64,000 bases of DNA, taken from an uncultured delta proteobacterium. Its GTDB lineage: Bacteria; Myxococcota_A; Polyangia; Haliangiales; Haliangiaceae. The notes below the pieces were generated by a model. It was not told the origin of the DNA, made no database searches, and saw only the letters and a list, made by a program, of their open reading frames with translations. The first letter of the stretch is position 1. The number at the start of each line of letters is the position of its first letter. The stretch spans positions 3,360,001 to 3,424,000 of the forward strand of contig CAWKDB010000010.1 of assembly GCA_963848295.1 (NCBI GenBank), given 5' to 3'. Of this stretch, positions 39,346-50,517 are shown one piece after another. Both the position numbers and the translations under genes were made by a program.

Positions 39346-40479
39346 ATGACGATGAATCGACCGATCACCCTCGCGTTCGTCTCGGTTGTGCTCGCCGCGT
39401 GCGGCGACAACAGCGCGCCGCTCACCGATGCACATGGCCATGTCGGCGACGGCGGCGGCGACGCCGGCGGGTCGGGCTCGACCGCTACGGTCGCGGCGGG
39501 CGACTTCACGCCCGGCGATCCGGGCACGATGGCGACGCTCGACACCGCGAGCTTCGCGCTCGCGACGAACGTCGCGCCGGCGGGTTCGGTCGGCGACGAC
39601 CCGGTGTTGCGGCGATTCGCCGGCGAGCTCTTCATCGTCAATCGCTCGGACGGCGACAACGTCACGGTCCTCGATGCGGCGACGCACGCGCTCGTCGAGC
39701 AGGATTCGACCGGCACGGGCTCGAACCCGCAGGACGTCGCGGTGCACGGCAACAAGCTCTACGTGCCGATCTACAACGGCAAGGGCGTCGCGGTGATCAC
39801 GCGAGGCTCGAGCGACAAGCCCGCGATCATCGATCTGTCGGCGGATGATCCAGACGGCGATCCGAACTGCAACTCGGCGTTCACCGTCGGCGATGATGTC
39901 TACGTCGCTTGCGAGCTACTCGACGCGACGTTCACGCCGCGCGGCAACGGCAAGATCTACGTGATCGATACCGCGAGCGACACCGTGTCGAAGACGATCG
40001 CGATGATGAACCCGAACCCGTTCGGCGTGTTCGAACAGTTGCCGACCGGCGAGCTCGTGATCCCCACCACCGACTTTGCGAGCGGCGGATGCATCGAGAA
40101 GATCTCGACCGGCCCGAGCGCGGCCTCCGGCGGTTGCATCGTGACGAACGTGGCGCTCGGCGGGTTCGTCAATCGCTTCGACTTCCAGACCGTCGGCTCG
40201 GCGAGCATCATGTGGATCGTGGTCAACATCTCGTTCGGTGTTGGCAACGTGCAGAAGTACGACCTGACCGCGGGCATGCTCGCCGCCACGCCGATCACGC
40301 GCGGTGTCGAGGACCCAGTCGATCTCGCCGCGTGCCCCGACGGCTCGCTCGTGATCTCCGATGGCGCTTCAGGCGACGCCGGCCTGCGCGTCTACGCGAA
40401 CGACCACGAGATCAGCGGCGAAGCCCCGATCGCGATCGGCCTCCCCACCGGCAGCGCGAACGCACTGCTGTGCGACTGA
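39346..40479 (+). CDS. Beta-propeller (YncE/BtuG-like) lipoprotein
   Basis: Lipobox LAAC; repeated blades (LFIVNR...VTVLD; NPQDVAV..KLYV; IYVIDTASDTV). Confidence 0.7.
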   Translation: MTMNRPITLAFVSVVLAACGDNSAPLTDAHGHVGDGGGDAGGSGSTATVAAGDFTPGDPGTMATLDTASFALATNVAPAGSVGDDPVLRRFAGELFIVNRSDGDNVTVLDAATHALVEQDSTGTGSNPQDVAVHGNKLYVPIYNGKGVAVITRGSSDKPAIIDLSADDPDGDPNCNSAFTVGDDVYVACELLDATFTPRGNGKIYVIDTASDTVSKTIAMMNPNPFGVFEQLPTGELVIPTTDFASGGCIEKISTGPSAASGGCIVTNVALGGFVNRFDFQTVGSASIMWIVVNISFGVGNVQKYDLTAGMLAATPITRGVEDPVDLAACPDGSLVISDGASGDAGLRVYANDHEISGEAPIAIGLPTGSANALLCD

Positions 40480-40483
40480 CTCA

Positions 40484-40507
40484 GGGACGGAGCGGATTCT
40501 CCGTCCC
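40484..40507. terminator. Hairpin between convergent genes
   Basis: GGGACGGAG-cggatt-CTCCGTCCC with a 9-bp stem; no strong U-tract. Confidence 0.5.
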
Positions 40508-40509
40508 CG

Positions 40510-41211
40510 TCACTCGCGCGGGTGCACGCAGTAGACCTCGGCGACGATCTCGATCGTCGACGACGGCGAGGTGTTGCGATAATCGCAGCGCCACGCCGAC
40601 GCGGTTGCGCCATCGGTGATCGCGACGGGGCGCGTCGCGATCAGCTGCGCGAGCCACTGCGGATCGGCGAAGCATCCACCGGTGACGACCAGGTCGGCGG
40701 CGCGGTCGCAGCTCGCGACCGCTGTCGCGACGAGGGTCGGCCCGACCGAGATCCTCGCTTCTTTGCGGATCAAGTCGGTCTTGTTGCCATACGCGCCGGT
40801 CGGGCCGGGCGGACCCTTCGGTCCCTGCGCACCTTGAGGCCCTTGCAAGCCTTGCGGGCCTTGCAGGCCTTGCACGCCTTGTTGGCCCTCGGGCCCGGGT
40901 GGCCCGGGATCGCCTTTGCTACCGCGCGGACCTTCCGGCCCGGCCGGCCCGACGCCAGCGGGACCCGGTGGCCCGAGCGGACCCGGTGGGCCGAGCGGGC
41001 CGAGCGGCCCAGGCGGACCGGTGAGCCCTGCGTCCGAGCCTTTCGCGAGCAGCTCGGCGGCGACCGCGTGGACGTCGAGTGGTCCGCGCTTCTCGAGCGC
41101 GGCGAGGCGCTGGTCTTGCGCCGCGAGCTTCACGCCCTGCTGCTCGATCTTCTGGTCGAGCTCTCCAGACCTGCACGCGGCGAGAATGATTAGAAGCCCC
41201 GCGCGGTGCAC
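40510..41211 (-). CDS. Collagen-like lipoprotein
   Basis: Lipobox LAAC, coiled coil, long Gly-X-Y run and a 4-Cys C-terminal beta domain. Confidence 0.85.
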   Translation of the reverse strand: MHRAGLLIILAACRSGELDQKIEQQGVKLAAQDQRLAALEKRGPLDVHAVAAELLAKGSDAGLTGPPGPLGPLGPPGPLGPPGPAGVGPAGPEGPRGSKGDPGPPGPEGQQGVQGLQGPQGLQGPQGAQGPKGPPGPTGAYGNKTDLIRKEARISVGPTLVATAVASCDRAADLVVTGGCFADPQWLAQLIATRPVAITDGATASAWRCDYRNTSPSSTIEIVAEVYCVHPRE

Positions 41212-41269
41212 GCCGCCATCCTACCGATTTTTTGCCCACGCGATCGAAGCGGCGTAGGACCTAAAGGCG

Positions 41270-42067
41270 ATGATCGAGCTGGTCGATGTTCGTCTCGACC
41301 ACCCGGGAGGTGGCTCTCCGCTGGTGGCGGAAGCGACGTTCTCGGTAGCGCGCGGCGAGATCGCGCTCGTGATCGGCGCGGCCGGCGTCGGAACGTCGCG
41401 GCTCGTCGCCGCGGCACTCGGCGAGGCCGTGATGGGTCGCGGTCGCATCGAAGTATTCGGCCGCGACGTCGCAAAGCTGCGGCGTGCGTCGCTCCGGCTG
41501 TTGCGCCGCCGGATCGGCATCGTGCCGCAAGACCTGTGCTTGCTCGACGATCGCAGCGCTCAGCTCAATGTCGTGCTGCCGCTCGAGATCGACGGCATTC
41601 CGCGCTCGATGTCGGTCGTGCGCGCCGCGGCGATCCTCAGCCAGCTCGGCCTGGAGTCCGAAGCGTCGCTGCCGATCGATTGCCTATCGATGTCGGCCCG
41701 CCAGCGCGTCGCGGTGGCGCGCGCGCTCGTGCGCGAGCCGGAGCTCGTGATCGCGGATCACCCGACCTGCTGGCAGGACGCGGCGGGCGCGGAGCTCGTC
41801 GCGGGCGCGCTGATGGGCGCCGCGGCCGCGGGTGCCTCGTGCCTCGTGTTCGGTCGCGACCCCGCGTTGCGCGAGATCGCCGAGCGCGAAGGTTGGCGCA
41901 TGCTCGCGATCGTCGACGGGCGCGTCCTTCCGCTCGCCGAGATCGCGCTCGCCGGCGCGGCGATCGACGAGCTGCTGGCGGATAGCCGCTCGGCGCCGAT
42001 CCGGCCCGAGAGCGAAGACGAGTTGCTGCCGAACGTGCTGCCGTTCCCGACCGCGGGGGTCGCGTGA
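41270..42067 (+). CDS. FtsE-like ABC protein with degenerate ATPase motifs
   Basis: LRRRIGIVPQD..LL and RQRVAVARALV.EP. Walker A is GAAGVGTS, Walker B is VIADH. Upstream of an ftsX-like gene. Confidence 0.8.
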   Translation: MIELVDVRLDHPGGGSPLVAEATFSVARGEIALVIGAAGVGTSRLVAAALGEAVMGRGRIEVFGRDVAKLRRASLRLLRRRIGIVPQDLCLLDDRSAQLNVVLPLEIDGIPRSMSVVRAAAILSQLGLESEASLPIDCLSMSARQRVAVARALVREPELVIADHPTCWQDAAGAELVAGALMGAAAAGASCLVFGRDPALREIAEREGWRMLAIVDGRVLPLAEIALAGAAIDELLADSRSAPIRPESEDELLPNVLPFPTAGVA

Positions 42068-42270
42068 CTCGCATGCGAACGCTGCGCATCCTGCGCAAGA
42101 CCAAGCCGGTCGCGCGGCGGTCGAGCCGCGGCGACTTCGATCTCACCGACGCGACGATGGAAGCCGACCCGGGTCCTCCTCCGGAGGCGGTGTTCGATCG
42201 GATGACCGGCCCGTTCGATCATCGTCGCCACGCGTTCGCCTCGCCCGGCTCCGCCGACGAGGAGACGTAG
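42064..42270 (+). CDS. Small hypothetical protein
   Basis: GTGA-coupled to the upstream gene and fills the gap to the ftsX-like gene; no recognisable motif. Confidence 0.4.
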   Translation: MTRMRTLRILRKTKPVARRSSRGDFDLTDATMEADPGPPPEAVFDRMTGPFDHRRHAFASPGSADEET

Positions 42271-42274
42271 CCAC

Positions 42275-43165
42275 GTGACGAGGCTCGCCGCCGCGCTGCG
42301 CCGCGCCGCGCGGATCGCAGTCGAGCGGCCGCGCACCGCGTGGTGGACGATGCTCGCGTTGACCGCGGCGCTGTTCGCGGTCGGCGTCGCTGGGGTCACC
42401 GCGTGGAACATCGACGCGTGGACGAGCACGCCGCGCGGCTCGGCGAGCATGGTCGTCTATCTCGGCGAAGGCGTCGACGGCGCGCGTGCCCAAGCGCTGG
42501 TCGCCGATCTGTCGAAGCTCGCCGGTGTCGAGCGCGCCGAGCTGGTGTCGCCGCAAGAGACCGCGCATCGCCTCCAGCTCGCGCTCGGTGGCGATTCGGC
42601 GTTACTCGCCGGCGTCGAGCTCGCGAGCTTGCCGGCGAGCGTCGAGGTCACGCTCGATCCCGGCGTACGCGATGTCGTCGAGATGAGCCCGACCGTGCGC
42701 GAATTGCGTGGCACGCGCGGCGTGGATGACGTGATCGTCGAAGACAGCGGCGCGGATCGGTTCGGCGCCGCGCTGCGCGTCGTGCGCGGGGTCGCGTGGG
42801 TCGGCGGCGCGCTGCTCGCAGGACTCGCGCTCGTCATCGTGCTCGCCGCGATTCGCGTCCGGCTCGATCGCGGCGCGCGCGAACAAGCGACGCTGCACTT
42901 GCTCGGCGCCAGTCCGGCCTTCTCGATCGTCCCGACCGCGCTCGCCGGTGCGCTGCAAGGCGCGCTCGCCGCGCTGCTCGCCGCCGCGGCGCTGTGGCTG
43001 TTGGTCGCGAAGTTCTCGACCGCGATCACCGCGGCACTCGCCACCGCGATCGGATCGGCGCAAGTCGCGCTGCCGTCGCTCGCCGCGGCCGCGGCGTTCG
43101 TCGCGCTCGGCGGTGCGCTCGGCCTGGTCGGCGGCAGCCTCGCCGGGGTCCCGCGTGCGCGGTAG
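42275..43165 (+). CDS. FtsX-like permease
   Basis: TM1; periplasmic loop (MVVYL...LPASVEV); three C-terminal TMs with an LLGAS..F...P motif. Confidence 0.8.
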   Translation: MTRLAAALRRAARIAVERPRTAWWTMLALTAALFAVGVAGVTAWNIDAWTSTPRGSASMVVYLGEGVDGARAQALVADLSKLAGVERAELVSPQETAHRLQLALGGDSALLAGVELASLPASVEVTLDPGVRDVVEMSPTVRELRGTRGVDDVIVEDSGADRFGAALRVVRGVAWVGGALLAGLALVIVLAAIRVRLDRGAREQATLHLLGASPAFSIVPTALAGALQGALAALLAAAALWLLVAKFSTAITAALATAIGSAQVALPSLAAAAAFVALGGALGLVGGSLAGVPRAR

Positions 43166-43937
43166 CTGGCTCGTCGCGGTCGCGCTCGCGGGTGCGCTCT
43201 CCGGTCCGGTCCGCGCCGACGAAGAGCCCGCCGCAGCGCCGGCGGTCCACGCCCCGACGGGCGGCCTCGCGGATCAGCTCGCGGAGCAGCAAGACGCCAT
43301 CGAGCGCGCGCTGGCGATGGTGACCGACAAGCTCACGATCGCAGATGCCGCGCGCCTCGCTCGGCTGCGCGCCGCGTACCGCGCGATCGCGCCGGCCGAG
43401 GATCTGATGACCGCCGCCCGCCGCCGGGCCGCCGCGCGCTTGTTGCTCGATCGCGATCTGTTCGAGCGCACGTTGCTCGCCGACGAGGCGACCCGGCTGC
43501 GCACCGCGCACGAGAGGGTGATCACGGCGACCACGGTGCTGCCGACACTCGTGCTGCCCACCGATCTCGCGTGGCCGGCCCACGGCAAGATCGCGCGCAA
43601 GTTCGGCGAGCTGGTCCACGAGCGGTCGAAAGCGACGCTGTCGCGGCGCGGTGTCGACATCGAAGTCGAGGAGCACGCGCCCGCGACCGCGCCAGCCGAC
43701 GGGATCGTGCGCTACGCCGGGCCGATCCGCGGCCTCGACAACGGCGTCGTGATCGATCACGGCGACTTCGTCACGGTGATCGCGAAGCTCGGCGAGCTCT
43801 CGCTCCCGATCGGGACCCACCTCGAGCGCGGGGATCGCATCGGTCGAGCGGCGCGCCATCGCGTCTACTTCGAAGTTCGCGTCAAGGTCGGTCCGGGCGG
43901 TCTGCCGATCGACCCCGAAGCCGCCATAAGCAAGTAA
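43155..43937 (+). CDS. EnvC-like murein hydrolase activator (degenerate M23)
   Basis: Signal peptide, helical stalk, WP..G...KFG, GVDI, VVIDHG and YFEVR. Zn-ligand histidines are absent. Confidence 0.8.
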   Translation: MRGSWLVAVALAGALSGPVRADEEPAAAPAVHAPTGGLADQLAEQQDAIERALAMVTDKLTIADAARLARLRAAYRAIAPAEDLMTAARRRAAARLLLDRDLFERTLLADEATRLRTAHERVITATTVLPTLVLPTDLAWPAHGKIARKFGELVHERSKATLSRRGVDIEVEEHAPATAPADGIVRYAGPIRGLDNGVVIDHGDFVTVIAKLGELSLPIGTHLERGDRIGRAARHRVYFEVRVKVGPGGLPIDPEAAISK

Positions 43938-43947
43938 GCTCGGCCCG

Positions 43948-45213
43948 ATGTCCCGTGCTTCGCACATCGCGACCTTCGTCGCCGGCGCGCTCGTCGCCTC
44001 GGCGTTCGCTGCGCTCGCCGTCCCGCGCGACACGATCCGGTTTCGCACGTTCGATACCTTCGCGCAGGCGCTCCACCTGGTCGAGACCGACTACGTCGAT
44101 CCGGTCGACGAGCACGCGCTGCTCTACGACGCGACGCGCGGCATGATCCACAACCTCGACAAGTACTCGACGTTCTTGCCGCCGAACCGCTACGAGAAGT
44201 TGCGGCAAGACACCGAGGGCGAGTTCGGCGGCGTCGGCATCGTGCTCGCACCGGGCGAGCTCGACGACGCGCATCCCGGGCGCCCGCCGTACCCGATCGT
44301 CGACGAGCTGATCCGCGGCTCGCCCGCCGACGTCGCCGGCCTCCAGCTCGACGATCGGATCACCGCGATCGATGGCTCGCCGACCGCCGAGGCCGGGCGC
44401 GAGCTCAAAGAAGCCGGCGCGTGGGAGGCGAAGCTGCGCGGCGCGTCGGGTACCCGTGTCGCGGTCGATGCCTTGCGCGTCGGCTGGAAGGATCCGAAGC
44501 GGTTCACGATCGTGCGCGCGCAGGTCAAGCAGCCGAGCGTCACGCATCGCGTGCTCGCGCCGCACGTCGGTTACATCGCGATCGCGCGGTTCGCCGAGGC
44601 CACCGCGAACGACGTCGCGGTCGCGCTCGCCGATCTCAAGCAACACGATGCGCTCCGCGCGCTCGTCCTCGATCTGCGCAGCGATCCAGGCGGCCTCGTC
44701 GATCAGGCGATCGCGGTCGCCGACCATTTTCTCGATCACGGCACGATCGTGACGATCCAAGGTCGCCAGGGCTCGGCCGAGCATCCGTCGGCGCATCCCG
44801 GTGGCCCGGCGGTCGCGGTGCCGGTCATCGCGCTCGTCGATCAGGGCACGGCGTCCGCCGCGGAGATCCTCGCCGCCGCGCTCCACGACAACGGCCGCGC
44901 GAAGCTCGTCGGAACGCCGACGTACGGCAAGGGCACGGTTCAGACGTTCTACGATCTCGACGACGGTTCTGGACTCAAGCTGACCACAGCGCGCTACCTC
45001 ACTCCGAAAGGCAACTCGTTGGAATCAAAAGGCATCACGCCGGACGTCCGGGTGGAGGCGTTTGTCGGCGAGCAGATCGTCGCCGGGGGCAGCAACGGAG
45101 GTGGCGCAAAGCCCGGGACCAATGCCACAATTACGGCTCAGGGTGACGACGATCCACAACTCGCCGCCGCAGTCCAGCTCGCAACTCAGGCGGCGCGCGC
45201 TGGGATCAAGTAG
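43948..45213 (+). CDS. Carboxyl-terminal processing protease (S41, CtpA-like)
   Basis: GEFGGVG, PDZ, DLR..PGG, TASAAEI, GKGTVQ and KLTTARY.TP.G. Confidence 0.93.
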   Translation: MSRASHIATFVAGALVASAFAALAVPRDTIRFRTFDTFAQALHLVETDYVDPVDEHALLYDATRGMIHNLDKYSTFLPPNRYEKLRQDTEGEFGGVGIVLAPGELDDAHPGRPPYPIVDELIRGSPADVAGLQLDDRITAIDGSPTAEAGRELKEAGAWEAKLRGASGTRVAVDALRVGWKDPKRFTIVRAQVKQPSVTHRVLAPHVGYIAIARFAEATANDVAVALADLKQHDALRALVLDLRSDPGGLVDQAIAVADHFLDHGTIVTIQGRQGSAEHPSAHPGGPAVAVPVIALVDQGTASAAEILAAALHDNGRAKLVGTPTYGKGTVQTFYDLDDGSGLKLTTARYLTPKGNSLESKGITPDVRVEAFVGEQIVAGGSNGGGAKPGTNATITAQGDDDPQLAAAVQLATQAARAGIK

Positions 45214-45309
45214 TCGGCCCATCGGTTGTTTTGAGAAAGCTCGGACTGGTACAACCAATGGAACGCTGGTGACCGCTCTTACACCATCGAGACCGCGGGG
45301 ACGCATCTG

Positions 45310-47184
45310 ATGTTCAAGCTGGTGATCCAGGATGACGAGGGGAAGACGACGGTCGTCCCTCTGATCCGGGACGAGATCACGATCGGCCGCAAAGAGGGGA
45401 ACACGATCCGGCTCACCGAGCGGAACGTGTCGCGCCGGCACGCCCGCATCCTGCGTAACAACGGCGAGGTCCAGATCGAGGATCTCGGCAGCTACAACGG
45501 CATCCGCGTCAACAACGCGCGGATCGCCGAGCGGGTCTCGCTCCGGCTCAGCGACCAGGTCCAGATCGGCGACTACAAGCTGTACCTCAAAGCCGAGGGC
45601 GTCGAGCAAGTCGACGAGGCGCGGACGATGCCGATCGAGCGGATCGACAGCTCGACCGAGGTCATGGCGGTGGTGCAAACGCCGACGTCGCCGATGGTGG
45701 CGGTCGGAACGCAGCCCCCGGCGCCCGCGGCCGCCCCCGCGCGCCCAGGCGTTGGCGTCGCCGATACCGATCCGGCCGGCCGCCCGGTCGCGACACCGGC
45801 GCAAGTCGCCGCGCTCACCCAATCGGCGTCCTACGGCAAGCTCGTCGTGGTGTCGTCGAACTTCGCCGGCAAAGAATTCGATCTGACGCGGCCGCAGATG
45901 ATCATCGGCCGCACCGACGAGAACGACCTCGTCATCAACCACCGCTCGATCAGCCGCAACCACGCCAAGGTCGTGCGCGACACCGAGACCGGCCGCTACA
46001 CGATCAGCGATCTGCAGTCGAGCAATGGCGTGCGGGTCAACGGCCAGGACTACGGCAAGGTCGAGCTGCGTCGCACCGACGTCGTCGATCTCGGCCACGT
46101 CCGGCTGCGCTTCGTCGAGCCCGGCGAAGACTTCATCTTCGCGCGCGACGCGGTGATCGCCGACGTCCCCGAGGCCGGCGGCAAGCGCAGCCTGATGATC
46201 GCGGTCGTGCTCGCGATCTTGGTGCTCGGCGTCGTCGCGGTCGTGTTCCTCATGCGCTCGGGCAGCACGAACACCGAGGCGAACGGCAAGGGCGGCGACA
46301 ACTCCGGGCCCAAGCGCAACGGTGGCACCGACATCGCGGCCAACGCCCTTCCGGCCGACGCTGCGGTCGTTCAACCCGCGGTCGCGATGGACGCCGCGAC
46401 GGTCGCGGTGAATCCGCCGCCGGGCGACGACGACAAGGGCCGGATCAAGGTCGAGTGTCTGCAGAACAAGGCCGACAAGGACTGGCAGGCGCTCGCGAAC
46501 TGCGCCGCCAAGCTCGAGCAATTCGATCCCGCGACCGCGACCGAGCTCAAGGCGAAGGCGAAAGCCGAGCAGGCGAACCAACTCGCCGTCGATCGCGTGA
46601 AGACCGCGCTCAACGACGGCAGCCTGCCGAAGGCGGCGCGCGAGATCGCCAAGATCGACGACGACTCGGTCTACAAGGCCGAGGTGAAGGCCGACTACGA
46701 AGCGGCGTCGCAGAAGGTCATGGAAGACTTCAAGGGTCGCGCGCAGGCCGCGAATCGCGCGAAGCGCTGCGCCGACGTCGACAAGTTGATCTCGCAAGCG
46801 GCGGCGCAGGGCCAAGCGGTCGTCGATGTCGTGCGTCCGTTCAAGTGCGTGACCGAGGTCGCCGCGAACCCCGTCGATCACGGGCAAGAGCACAAGCCGA
46901 ATCAGGGGAGCGCCGTGACGCCGCCGGCGGGCTGCGACGCGCAGGCGTTGGCGGACAAGGCCCGGCAAGAGCTCGGCATCAACGACCACGCCCATGCCCT
47001 GGTCGACTTCGAGAGGTCGCTCAGGTGCAGGCCCGACCCGGGCATGTACCCGTCGGCGTATATGGCGGCTTGCGGCGCGGGGAACAAGGTGCTCGCCAAG
47101 CACTACTTCAACATGCTGCCCGCTTCACGCCAGATGTCGCTCGTCCAGATCTGCCTGCGCATCGGCATCGACCCGCGACAATAG
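45310..47184 (+). CDS. Membrane protein with two cytoplasmic FHA domains and Cys/TPR-like extracytoplasmic region
   Basis: IGR...VSRRHA...SYNG and IGR...ISRNHA...SSNG; single TM. Confidence 0.88.
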   Translation: MFKLVIQDDEGKTTVVPLIRDEITIGRKEGNTIRLTERNVSRRHARILRNNGEVQIEDLGSYNGIRVNNARIAERVSLRLSDQVQIGDYKLYLKAEGVEQVDEARTMPIERIDSSTEVMAVVQTPTSPMVAVGTQPPAPAAAPARPGVGVADTDPAGRPVATPAQVAALTQSASYGKLVVVSSNFAGKEFDLTRPQMIIGRTDENDLVINHRSISRNHAKVVRDTETGRYTISDLQSSNGVRVNGQDYGKVELRRTDVVDLGHVRLRFVEPGEDFIFARDAVIADVPEAGGKRSLMIAVVLAILVLGVVAVVFLMRSGSTNTEANGKGGDNSGPKRNGGTDIAANALPADAAVVQPAVAMDAATVAVNPPPGDDDKGRIKVECLQNKADKDWQALANCAAKLEQFDPATATELKAKAKAEQANQLAVDRVKTALNDGSLPKAAREIAKIDDDSVYKAEVKADYEAASQKVMEDFKGRAQAANRAKRCADVDKLISQAAAQGQAVVDVVRPFKCVTEVAANPVDHGQEHKPNQGSAVTPPAGCDAQALADKARQELGINDHAHALVDFERSLRCRPDPGMYPSAYMAACGAGNKVLAKHYFNMLPASRQMSLVQICLRIGIDPRQ

Positions 47185-47351
47185 ATCACCTCTCGCGAGT
47201 AGCCGCGGATGTCGAAACACCTGCGGCGGATTCGCTAATGCCTGCGCTTGCGCTTACGCTCGCGTCCGTAAGTGCCCGCAGTTATTTGACCGATTGATCC
47301 CGTGTGTGGTGTAACCAGAACGTGGGGACGGTGCACCATCTCGGAGGAGCC

Positions 47352-49265
<1,914 letters not shown>

Positions 49266-49297
49266 CGGTTCGCCGACCGCCGCGCTAGGCTTGCTGG

Positions 49298-49573
49298 GTG
49301 ATCAAGCTCCTCGTGTACTTGGTAATCATCGTCGCGCTCGTCTATGCGGGCTCGACGGTGAAGCTCGGCAAGCGCACGTTCTTCGGTCACGTGCGCGCGA
49401 TCTGGCACACCGAAGAGGTGCAAGACCTCAAAGACGGCGTCAAAGAGACCGCGGGCCCGACCGTCGACAAGCTCGAGCGCGGCGCGAAGGCCGGCTACAA
49501 CGCGATGACGAACAACAGCGACGCGAGCGCGGTCGGCTCCGGTTCGGCGACGCCGGCGCCGGCGACGCCTTGA
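49298..49573 (+). CDS. Small membrane-anchored hypothetical protein
   Basis: N-terminal hydrophobic helix, then VKLGKRTFFGHVRAIW; TAGGCT -10 box 6 nt upstream. Confidence 0.75.
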   Translation: MIKLLVYLVIIVALVYAGSTVKLGKRTFFGHVRAIWHTEEVQDLKDGVKETAGPTVDKLERGAKAGYNAMTNNSDASAVGSGSATPAPATP

Positions 49574-49785
49574 CGTTTCCGCTGACCGACGAGCTGATCG
49601 CCGAGGCGAAGCGATTCGAGCTGCGCTCGGCGTGTCGCGACTGTTTTCATTGGGACGTCGCTCGCCAGGCTTGCTTTCACGACTGGCCCGACGAAGGTCA
49701 GCGGCGCTGGCCGATCGACGCGCCCGACGAGACCGGCGCGCGCCCGACGGAAGTGGCGTTCTGCAAGGAATTCGAGCTCAAGTAG
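49570..49785 (+). CDS. Small Cys-rich hypothetical protein
   Basis: TTG start overlaps the previous stop; CRDC..W....C.H...FCKEFEL. Confidence 0.6.
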   Translation: MTFPLTDELIAEAKRFELRSACRDCFHWDVARQACFHDWPDEGQRRWPIDAPDETGARPTEVAFCKEFELK

Positions 49786-49917
49786 GCCTCCGCGACGGGC
49801 TTCGAGCTGATTTGCCCCGGTGCGCGCTGACGCATTGCACCGTGCGTGACCGTCACGATCGTTAACAAAGGGCGCCAGCCGAGAGTCTAGGTCCGTGCCG
49901 GATCGGGCAGATAGCGG

Positions 49918-49933
49918 TGGCACGGCCCGTGCT
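49918..49933 (+). promoter_or_regulatory. Putative sigma54 promoter (leadered)
   Basis: TGGCACGgcccgTGCT followed by a GGAGGG RBS and ATG at 49965. Confidence 0.75.
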
Positions 49934-49964
49934 GATACTATGGACAGGAAAACGGAGGGTTTAT

Positions 49965-50459
49965 ATGCGTGTACTACTTCCAGCTGCAATCCTCGTCGCC
50001 GCGCTCGCAGGCGGGGGATGCTACAGCGACGACGTCGCGGTCGGTCCCGGTTACGCTGCGGGCTACGCGGGCGATCCGGGCATGGTCTACATCAGCCCGG
50101 ACGTCGAGGTGATCTCTGACTACGACTATCCGGTGTTCTACTCGACCGGGTTGTTTTGGCGAAACGACGGCGGCATCTGGTACAGCTCGCGCTGGCGCGA
50201 TCGCGGTTGGGGGGTCTCGTACAACGTGCCGATGGGGATCCGCGGCATCGATCGCCCGTTCGCGTACGCGCACTATCACGGCGGCGGGATCTACGGTCGT
50301 GGGGCTCGCGGCGGCGTCTACGCTCGTGGCGGCGGCTACGGCCGTGGCAACGTCGGCGCGGTGCGCGGACCGGGTCGCGTCGAGAGCCGCGGCGCGGTTC
50401 ACTCGGCGCCGCGTTCGGGCGCGGTGCACTCGGCCGGTGGTCACAGCGGCCGCCGCTAA
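49965..50459 (+). CDS. Gly/Arg/Tyr-rich putative lipoprotein
   Basis: Signal ending GGGC, aromatic beta region, RGG-rich tail. Confidence 0.75.
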   Translation: MRVLLPAAILVAALAGGGCYSDDVAVGPGYAAGYAGDPGMVYISPDVEVISDYDYPVFYSTGLFWRNDGGIWYSSRWRDRGWGVSYNVPMGIRGIDRPFAYAHYHGGGIYGRGARGGVYARGGGYGRGNVGAVRGPGRVESRGAVHSAPRSGAVHSAGGHSGRR

Positions 50460-50476
50460 TTCTAACTACGAACAGC

Positions 50477-50511
50477 AACGCCGATCTCCCGCGAGGTCGG
50501 CGTTTTGATTT
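50477..50511 (+). terminator. Intrinsic terminator
   Basis: AACGCCGATCTC-ccgc-GAGGTCGGCGTT followed by TTGATTT. Confidence 0.7.
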
Positions 50512-50517
50512 CGGTCG

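Noticed and set aside
43155..43937. Missing Zn ligands in the M23 domain as a sign of decay
   Set aside because: Normal for EnvC-type activators.
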